DNA from: Anaerolineales bacterium
GTDB lineage: Bacteria; Chloroflexota; Anaerolineae; Anaerolineales; UBA11858
Direction: 5' to 3'
DNA: 64,000 nucleotides
Assembly: GCA_041686005.1 (NCBI GenBank)
Contig: JAWLER010000001.1
Span: 95,756 to 159,755, forward strand
Shown: in pieces, positions 47,765 to 54,341 of the stretch
Layout of the letters: the number at the start of each line of letters is the position of its first letter
How positions within the stretch are numbered: position 1 is the stretch's first letter
Position numbers and translations under genes: made by a program
The notes under the pieces: generated by a model
What the model was told of the DNA's origin: nothing
The model's database searches: none
What the model saw: only the letters and a program-made list of their open reading frames with translations

Positions 47765-48313
47765 CTAATGTATCTGGTAGATAGATTCAGGCGGCACAGC
47801 TTTAACCAACCAGATTTCCTCTGTGGCTTTGTAAAAAATATGTCCTTCTTGGTGCATCTCAGCCGCATCCACGCGGAGGATGACCGGCTCCCCATGCCTT
47901 TTTCCCACCTGGCGGGCAACCTCAGGGGTGGAAGAGAGGTGGACGAATTTTCTCCCCTGAGGTTTTAATCCCTCCTGTTTAATCCCCTCGACAGCATGTA
48001 TGGCTGTGCCGTGGAAAAGGATCTGGGGAGGATCCTGCGGTTGATAGTCCAGGTCAACGTCCAGCGAATGCCCGTAGCGGGCCCGGGTCCGCGATCCGTC
48101 CGGGCTGATCTCGAAACGGTTCTTTGAACTGGTCTCCACGATCTCTTCCAGGGCATCACGATCGAGATCGACCCCGTGCTGGTTTGCCCGGGTGATGAGC
48201 TCATCTACTTCTGCCCAGCCTCCTGGATCCAGCTCCAAGCCGATCTTCCCCGGTTGGTGGCGCAGGATATGGCTCAGGAACTTGCTGTAATGCGTGCGTT
48301 TTATCTTCCTCAT
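47765..48313 (-). CDS. kptA: RNA 2'-phosphotransferase Tpt1/KptA family
   Basis: SKFLSHILRHQPGKIGLELDPGGWAEVDELI .. RFEI .. IRARYGHS .. LFHGT .. HLS motifs. Confidence 0.85.
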   Translation of the reverse strand: MRKIKRTHYSKFLSHILRHQPGKIGLELDPGGWAEVDELITRANQHGVDLDRDALEEIVETSSKNRFEISPDGSRTRARYGHSLDVDLDYQPQDPPQILFHGTAIHAVEGIKQEGLKPQGRKFVHLSSTPEVARQVGKRHGEPVILRVDAAEMHQEGHIFYKATEEIWLVKAVPPESIYQIH

Positions 48314-48360
48314 GGGAATCCCACTTCATTTAGCGATGGCTTCGAAAGAGCAAGCCGTCA

Positions 48361-48396
48361 AAAAACAAAAAACCCGGGAGCGAGGGCTCTACCGGG
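48361..48396 (-). terminator. rho-independent terminator downstream of tRNA-Asp
   Basis: On the minus strand: ACCCGG..loop..CCGGGT followed by TTTTTGTTTT. Confidence 0.7.
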
Positions 48397-48407
48397 TTTC
48401 TCTCGGA

Positions 48408-48480
48408 GCGGGGACGACCGGATTCGAACCGGCGATCTCGGCCTTGACAGGGCCGCATGTTAACCGCTACACCACGCCCC
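48408..48480 (-). tRNA. tRNA-Asp (anticodon GUC), 3' CCA not encoded
   Basis: Hand-folded cloverleaf from the minus strand. Acceptor GGGGGCG/CGTCCCC with one G-U pair, D-arm GTGT/ACAT, anticodon stem CGGCC/GGCCG with loop CUGUCAA, 5-nt variable loop, T-arm GCCGG-TTCGAAT-CCGGT, discriminator G followed by CTCC. Confidence 0.9.
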
Positions 48481-48557
48481 CGAGCGAAAGCTATTCTATC
48501 ACATCCCCCCTTGGCGTCAAGTATTTTGTTGGTTCCCGTAGGTTTGTTGACAAGCGT

Positions 48558-50270
48558 TCAGAACTCGCCGATATCTGCGATCCGGAAACGCTCGATGGCC
48601 AGCATGCCGCCCAGGGTGACCACCATCAAGATGGTGCTCAAGGCCATGGCCTGCCCGTAGTGCAACGGGCCCGGTCGAGAAAGCAAGCGGTAAATTACCA
48701 CGGGGACGGTGGGGTATTCAGGGCGGACGATCAAAGACGTAGCCCCGAATTCGCCAATCGAGATGGTGAAGGCGAAGGTGGCCGCCACCAGCAAAGCCCG
48801 GCCGATCATGGGCAGATCGATGTGCTGGAAAACCTGGCGGGGCGAGGCCCCCAAAACGGCCGCCGCCTGGTGCAGGTTGGGCTGAATACTTTGCAACACC
48901 GGGGTCAGGCTGCGGACCACAAAGGGAAAGGCCACCAGGGTGTGAGCCAGGGGGATGAGGATGGGTGAGGCCCGCAGATCGAGTGGTGGGTGATCCAAGG
49001 CGACGATGAATCCCAATCCCAAAGTGACCGCTGAGGTCCCCAAAGGGAGCATGAGCAGGGGATCGAGGACCTTATTCAGGGGGGAATCCCTGTCTCTGGC
49101 CAAAGCCCAAGAAGCGGGGAGGCCCAGGACCAGGGCGAGGACGACCGTGACAGCCGCATATCCAAAAGAGATGCCAATCGCCGTGGTGGGCGGGACGTAA
49201 AAGAGGGATTCCTGTGGATTTTGAGCTAAAGCTTTGAAAAACGCAAAGGTCAACCCCCGGGGTCCATCTCGGGTGGGAGAGAGGTGGGTGATGGAGCGGG
49301 TCCCAAGCGCTATCAGGGGTGTGGTGAGGACGAGCAACAGGACCGCGATGAACGCCCCTGCAATGAGTTTCCTCCGCCAAGTGACCAGGGGGCGCTGGAT
49401 TTGTCGTTCGGAGCGCTGCTGGACGGGGCGGGAGATCCGGTCCATCAGCCGTGTGTAAACCACGGTGAGGACCAGCGTCATCCCCAGTTGCAGGAGGGAG
49501 AGAGTGGCTGCCATGGGGAGGTTGAACAAACTGATGGTTTGATAGTAGATTTCCACTTCCAAGGTTGAAAATTGGGGTCCCCCCAGAACCAGGATCACTC
49601 CAAAAGACGTGAAATCGAAGATGAAGACCAGCAGCGAGGCTGCCGCTACCGCCGGGGCCAGCAAGGGGATGGTCACCTGGCGCAGCGTCTGCCAGCGGTT
49701 TCCTCCCAAGACTTGGGCGGCTTGTGCGAAACGGGGGTCCAGACGGCTCCAGAAATCCCCCACCACGCGGAGGACAATGGTCGTGTTGTAAAAGACGTGG
49801 GCGACCAAAATAGCCGGGAAAGTATTCAGGAAGTTGATGGGCGGGGAGGGAAGGGAAAAAAGGTCCATCAGCAGGGTATTTACCCAACCATTGGGCCCCA
49901 GCAGGGCGTTGAATCCGGCTGCCACCACCAGGGTGGGGAGCACGAAGGGCACACCGGTCAGGGCGCGGAGGAAGTCCTTCCCTCTAAACTGGAAACGGGC
50001 AAAGAGGTAAGCCCCTGGCAGGCCGAGAAGGAGGGTGAGGATGGTGGAAAGGGTCGCCTGCCAGAGCGTGAATCCCAGGACATCCCTGACGGTCGGCGTG
50101 ATCAGCGCGTTCCAGAGGGAAACCAGAGCGTTTCCCTCCCCCCGGCTGAAGCTGAGTTGGATGATGTTGCCCAGCGGGTAAAAGTAGAATACCCCCAGAA
50201 ATCCCAAGGGCAATAACCATAATATATAGGGGAGGGTGCGCTGGATCTTTGATCTCGAAGAAAGGTTCAT
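48558..50270 (-). CDS. thiP: thiamine ABC transporter permease (two fused permease domains)
   Basis: About 570-aa duplicated permease under TPP-riboswitch control. I prefer the start MNLSSRSKIQ (50270) over the track start 50312. Confidence 0.8.
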   Translation of the reverse strand: MNLSSRSKIQRTLPYILWLLPLGFLGVFYFYPLGNIIQLSFSRGEGNALVSLWNALITPTVRDVLGFTLWQATLSTILTLLLGLPGAYLFARFQFRGKDFLRALTGVPFVLPTLVVAAGFNALLGPNGWVNTLLMDLFSLPSPPINFLNTFPAILVAHVFYNTTIVLRVVGDFWSRLDPRFAQAAQVLGGNRWQTLRQVTIPLLAPAVAAASLLVFIFDFTSFGVILVLGGPQFSTLEVEIYYQTISLFNLPMAATLSLLQLGMTLVLTVVYTRLMDRISRPVQQRSERQIQRPLVTWRRKLIAGAFIAVLLLVLTTPLIALGTRSITHLSPTRDGPRGLTFAFFKALAQNPQESLFYVPPTTAIGISFGYAAVTVVLALVLGLPASWALARDRDSPLNKVLDPLLMLPLGTSAVTLGLGFIVALDHPPLDLRASPILIPLAHTLVAFPFVVRSLTPVLQSIQPNLHQAAAVLGASPRQVFQHIDLPMIGRALLVAATFAFTISIGEFGATSLIVRPEYPTVPVVIYRLLSRPGPLHYGQAMALSTILMVVTLGGMLAIERFRIADIGEF

Positions 50271-50337
50271 GGTCTCAGGGTCACTTTGCTGAAGACACCC
50301 TGCAGGTCCCAAATCTGCAGGGTGTCTGAAAATCTCA

Positions 50338-51426
50338 TCAACGGAGCACCGTTTCCGTCCACTCCCGGATCCATTTCTCCCTGTTTTCAGCGATGGCTTG
50401 AGGACTGACTTCCGCTGTTTCGTCCGGGATGGCGAGGTATTTCTGGAAGGTATCGTCCAGCTCCGCGTTTTGATTGACGGGGAAGACGAACATGTTCATC
50501 GGGATGTCTTCCTGGAAGGTGGGGGAGAGCATGAAATCGATCCACTTCTCCGCCAAATCCCGCTTTTCCGTCCCTTTCAGGATGCCCACGAACTCGATTT
50601 GCCGGAAACAACTCCCATCGCTGACCACCGCTGCAGTGGGGGGTTCTTCAATCTCTTCCTCAGCAAAAATGACCTCAAAGGGAGGGCTGGAGCCGTAGGA
50701 TACGACGATGGGGTAAGAACCTCCCGCTTGGCTGAAAGCGGAATAATAGGCGGTCTCCCAGTCGTTAACCACGTTGAGGTCGTTTTCCACCAGCTGCTGC
50801 CAGTATTCCAGGTATTGATCCTCCCCGAAATGGCCGATGGTGGCGAATAAGAAAGCCAAGCCGGGTGAAGACGTGGCAGGATTTTCCACCGTCAAGAGCC
50901 CTTTGTACTCGGGCTTGGTCAGATCCTCCAGGTTTTGGGGCGGCTGGAGTTCGTTTTCTTCGAAGTAGGCTTTTTGGTAGTTCAGGCAGACATCCCCGTA
51001 GTCGACAGGCAAGGCGCGATTTTGTTCGTCCAACTGGAACCTGTCATCGATATCTTCCAGGAGGGGCGAGTCGTAAGGGATGAATATCCCTTCATCCAGG
51101 GCGCGGCTGAGAAAGGTGTTATCCACGCCGTAGAAGACATCCGCCAGGGGATTTCCCTTGGAGAGCACGGCTTTGTTGACCGCCGTCCCTGTGTCCCCCG
51201 CTTCGAGAAATTGGACATCCACGTTGTGTTCTTCCTCAAAGGCTTTGATGACCTCCTCCGAAGCGGCAAAGGAATCGTGGGTCATGACGGTCAACGTCTG
51301 CGGCTCGGCAGCCGTTTCCGTGGGTGGTGAGGTCGGCCCTACAGTCGGCTGCTCTGGCGTCCCGGCTTGCCCGCAAGCGGTGAGCAAAAAGATACATACG
51401 GTGAAAAGAATAATTTTGTTTTTCAT
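50338..51426 (-). CDS. thiB: thiamine-binding periplasmic/lipoprotein component (TbpA/ThiB)
   Basis: Lipobox LLTACGQ. LTVMTHDSFAASEEVIKAFEEEH parallels the E. coli TbpA N-terminus as I recall it. I prefer the start MKNKIILF (51426) because the track start 51510 overlaps thiN by 71 nt. Confidence 0.8.
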   Translation of the reverse strand: MKNKIILFTVCIFLLTACGQAGTPEQPTVGPTSPPTETAAEPQTLTVMTHDSFAASEEVIKAFEEEHNVDVQFLEAGDTGTAVNKAVLSKGNPLADVFYGVDNTFLSRALDEGIFIPYDSPLLEDIDDRFQLDEQNRALPVDYGDVCLNYQKAYFEENELQPPQNLEDLTKPEYKGLLTVENPATSSPGLAFLFATIGHFGEDQYLEYWQQLVENDLNVVNDWETAYYSAFSQAGGSYPIVVSYGSSPPFEVIFAEEEIEEPPTAAVVSDGSCFRQIEFVGILKGTEKRDLAEKWIDFMLSPTFQEDIPMNMFVFPVNQNAELDDTFQKYLAIPDETAEVSPQAIAENREKWIREWTETVLR

Positions 51427-51439
51427 AATCTTTCTCCAC

Positions 51440-52078
51440 TCAACTGGATTTATTTTGGGTGTGAATGACACATAAAAGTCCTTCGCGGAGGGAGATGACA
51501 GCTTGATCACCCTCCATGACGTTGCTGATGCCCCGTGTGGTCCCGTAAGCCAACATCCCCTCTTGGAGCGGATATTCCAGGTTCTGGGTGGTGATCCCAG
51601 AGGTGGTGGGGAGAAGGGGAAGGAGGGAGACCATATCCCCTTGTCTTCCTTCCAGGATCAATGTGGATCCCCCTCTCACCACGCTTAGAACCTCATTTTC
51701 ACATATCATCTTGATCTCACAGTTCAGATCCGGATGGGCGAGGAGGAGGATGTTCCCCAGGGTCATGTCCAGGCGATCCCCCAGTGCCCCGTAGACATGG
51801 ATCTCATCCGCCCCTTTCTCCTGGGCATATTCCAGGGCGATCTCGAGATCGGTCTTATCTTTACGCTGGGGATGGCGGATGATTTCCACCCCTTTCTTCT
51901 CCCATTCCACCCGGCGGGATTGTGAGGTGGAGTCCAGGTCACCGATCAGGATCTGGGGGCGGATGCCTAACATTTGACAGTGATCACTCCCACCGTCCGC
52001 AGCGATGACCAGATCAAAATCTGACGTGTCGAGAGATTCAGACTGGAATGATCCATTGGCAAATACAAGTACGCGCAA
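51440..52078 (-). CDS. thiN: thiamine pyrophosphokinase
   Basis: 212 aa; VIAADGG .. IGDLDS .. KDKTDLEIAL motifs. TTG start with AAGGAG upstream, immediately downstream of the TPP riboswitch. Confidence 0.85.
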   Translation of the reverse strand: MRVLVFANGSFQSESLDTSDFDLVIAADGGSDHCQMLGIRPQILIGDLDSTSQSRRVEWEKKGVEIIRHPQRKDKTDLEIALEYAQEKGADEIHVYGALGDRLDMTLGNILLLAHPDLNCEIKMICENEVLSVVRGGSTLILEGRQGDMVSLLPLLPTTSGITTQNLEYPLQEGMLAYGTTRGISNVMEGDQAVISLREGLLCVIHTQNKSS

Positions 52079-52104
52079 TGTGGGCTCCTTTTATGTGCTG
52101 GTAA

Positions 52105-52240
52105 AGTAAAAAACTCCTCTTTGCGGAGGAGCTTTGTCTTTGATATCAGCATGCCTCCGCCGGTATTATCCGGATCAGGTTCGCGGGTCGAAAGTTGAAC
52201 TTTCCTCTCAGCCGAATGGTCGGCTCCCCGTGCTTCCTAT
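52105..52240 (-). promoter_or_regulatory. TPP (THI-box) riboswitch with terminator-type expression platform
   Basis: The minus strand reads ..CACGGGGAGC..GCUGAGAGG..ACCCGCGAACCUGAUCCGGAUAAUACCGGCGGAGG.. and then CUCCUC-cgcaaa-GAGGAG-UUUUUU. GCGGAGG of the aptamer 3' side can alternatively pair with CCUCCGC of the terminator. Confidence 0.9.
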
Positions 52241-52254
52241 TCTATTCTAGTCCC

Positions 52255-52283
52255 AGTATAGTCTTCGACCCTTCTCTTGTCAA
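52255..52283 (-). promoter_or_regulatory. sigma70-type promoter TTGACA-17-TATACT driving the riboswitch/thiamine operon
   Basis: Minus strand: TTGACA (complement of 52278-52283), a 17-nt spacer, then TATACT (complement of 52255-52260). Confidence 0.7.
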
Positions 52284-52455
52284 GCAGCGAGCTTTTTTGA
52301 TCGTTTCCCCTATAAAAGTTTTGAATGATAGATCATCGAAATGTGATCATCAGGAAGGGCGCACAGGCTGAAGATGGTCTGCACAGTGTAAGTGTGTCGT
52401 AATTACCCTATTCTTTTATCCCTTGATGGGGCAGGGTATATGTGTGAAATCCCTG

Positions 52456-53256
52456 TCAAGTTTCCCTGATGGCTTGTTTGAGCGCTTTCTGGGATGATGG
52501 CGAGAAGGCGTTCAGGCTACCCCGCACTAGACGGGTGATTTTGGGTTTCGGGGCGGTGGGGATCTGGTGTTGGAGAAAGAAGAGCGTTTCCCGCTCGGAG
52601 CGCCGGGCTAATGTCCTCACCACTTCGGCCAGCGCGGAGAGATAGCTCTCGTCCTCCGCTTGCAGGAGGGGCTTCAGATATTGGAAGATGAGGGGGAGGT
52701 TCTGGAAGCTCTCATCCATGACCAGGGGTTTGAGGGAAAAAAGAACTGACTTTCCCGCTTTTGATCCCGCCAGGGATGGCAATTCATCTATAAAAGAGAA
52801 GTAGCTCTCCTTGTCGTCTGCTCTCAGGCTGGATAATCCCCTGCAGATGATGGATTCTAATAGCAGGTCCTCCTCGCAGCTACTAATCCAGGTCCTGACC
52901 CTGCTCAATATTTCCTTTTTCAAGGTGGAGGGGATATAACCCAGAAAAATGGTCGCCAAAAGGCGTGTTTCCAGCCATTCTTCCTCCCATAAGGCGTCGA
53001 TTATGGGCCATCCTTCCTCCGGGGAAGCCCGCAGTTTTGCCCTCACGCTGCGTTCGATGTGTCGTAATACAGGGGGTGGGACGTGATAGGCATCGATCGC
53101 TGGTGGAGGGGATCCACTCTGGCCAGAGCGGTGAACGCGATCGGCATACAGAGAAAGCAGGTCGTGCAATGCCGAGATGTACTGATCCGCTTGGGGGAAT
53201 TTCTCGCTCAGTTCGGTGGATTGGATTTTCAATTGGCTGGGATTGATGGCCGGCAT
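52456..53256 (-). CDS. hypothetical all-alpha (HEAT/ARM-like) protein, possibly related to DNA-alkylation-repair-type repeat proteins
   Basis: 266 aa, with helix-rich composition judged by eye. The start abuts the LOG-like stop with zero-nt spacing. The family assignment is weak. Confidence 0.5.
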   Translation of the reverse strand: MPAINPSQLKIQSTELSEKFPQADQYISALHDLLSLYADRVHRSGQSGSPPPAIDAYHVPPPVLRHIERSVRAKLRASPEEGWPIIDALWEEEWLETRLLATIFLGYIPSTLKKEILSRVRTWISSCEEDLLLESIICRGLSSLRADDKESYFSFIDELPSLAGSKAGKSVLFSLKPLVMDESFQNLPLIFQYLKPLLQAEDESYLSALAEVVRTLARRSERETLFFLQHQIPTAPKPKITRLVRGSLNAFSPSSQKALKQAIRET

Positions 53257-53829
53257 TTATTCCACTTCGTCCTTCACGATCTGGACCGCTTCTTCCACAG
53301 AGAGGGCGAACCGAAGCCAGCGATGATCCTTTTGGGGGATGTATTCCTCAAAATGGCCGTAAAAGGTTGAGAAGGTGGTTTCCCACCCTTCGCCAATCAG
53401 GATCAACGCTCGAGGGCTGATGGCGCCCGTTTGCAGTTGGGACCACATCACGGCGATCTCGGCCAATGTGCCGATCCCACCGGGAAGGGCGATGGCTGCG
53501 TGGCAGTTTTCAATTAAGGCATAAAGTCGTTCTTTGAGGGTGGGAAAGCGCATTTCTTCCTCCACCCAGGGATTGGGGCCTACAGGACGCCATGACTCGA
53601 TCTCATCGCAGGTCACCCCGATGACATGTCCCCCAGCTTGGGAAGCCCCCCGCGAGACAGCTTCCATGGTCCCGATGTATCCTCCGGTGAGCACGGTGTA
53701 ACCGGCGGATCCCAGCAGCGACCCCAACCGTTGGGCCTGCTGGTAGGCCTGGGATCCCTCCTGGGGTTTGGAGCCCCCGAAGACGGTGATGCCTATGGGT
53801 CTCTTCTTTGCTGGCGGTTTCTGGGTCAT
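53257..53829 (-). CDS. LOG / TIGR00730-family nucleotide phosphoribohydrolase
   Basis: GGYIGTMEAVSRGA and LPGGIGTLAEI motifs; 190 aa. Confidence 0.85.
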   Translation of the reverse strand: MTQKPPAKKRPIGITVFGGSKPQEGSQAYQQAQRLGSLLGSAGYTVLTGGYIGTMEAVSRGASQAGGHVIGVTCDEIESWRPVGPNPWVEEEMRFPTLKERLYALIENCHAAIALPGGIGTLAEIAVMWSQLQTGAISPRALILIGEGWETTFSTFYGHFEEYIPQKDHRWLRFALSVEEAVQIVKDEVE

Positions 53830-54140
53830 TATGCTCCTTCCTCAGGCCAACTGCGTTGGTAATTTGCTTGCAATTTGCGTAAGATGGCTTCTTCCAAATC
53901 AATCTCACTCACCCGGGAGATCTGGAGCAGGTACAAAGCCACATCTGCCAGTTCCTCCGCCAGAGATTCTTTATCGACCCTTTGAGCCCCCCACTGGTAC
54001 AATTCCAGGATTTCTGAGGTTTCCAAATGGAGTGAGATGGCCAGATTTCGAGGCGTCTGGGGCCGGGGACTGTCCTCATCGTACCAGCCTTTATCCTGTA
54101 CAAATTGGTCCATGCGCTCGGTTAACGCTTTGATGTCCAT
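53829..54140 (-). CDS. MazG-like nucleotide pyrophosphohydrolase (small all-alpha NTP-PPase)
   Basis: 103 aa with LHLETSEILE and EELADVALYLL (ExxE / ExxD metal motifs). The stop overlaps the LOG-like start by 1 nt. Confidence 0.8.
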   Translation of the reverse strand: MDIKALTERMDQFVQDKGWYDEDSPRPQTPRNLAISLHLETSEILELYQWGAQRVDKESLAEELADVALYLLQISRVSEIDLEEAILRKLQANYQRSWPEEGA

Positions 54141-54341
54141 AACGTCCTATTATAAAGGGAATTCAGCCTCTGAAAAAGGCACATCGGGAGGTAGCCTCTA
54201 AAATCAGCCAGGTTGGGAGGACATATGTAATCCAGGTCCTGGGAATTGCCCCAATGGAGATGGTTGAAAATGTGGTTTTTTGATCCTCTTCTGTGTTAAA
54301 ACAACAGATAAGGTACAATACAATCGGTTAAATCAGATTTC

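Noticed and set aside
48294-48968. 224-aa + strand ORF spanning the tRNA-Asp locus
   Set aside because: It runs across a well-folded tRNA gene and its terminator, then antisense into thiP. It is not plausible as a protein gene.
49072-49887. 271-aa P/G/R-rich minus-strand ORF inside thiP (alternative frame)
   Set aside because: It is on the same strand as the 570-aa permease but out of frame with it. The extreme Pro/Gly/Arg composition is typical of an off-frame read of a GC-rich membrane-protein gene.
51427-51510. Upstream start of the thiamine-binding protein overlapping thiN by 71 nt
   Set aside because: The internal Met (MKNKIILFTVCIFLLTACGQ) begins a canonical lipoprotein signal peptide 13 nt after the thiN stop, so the longer form is unlikely.
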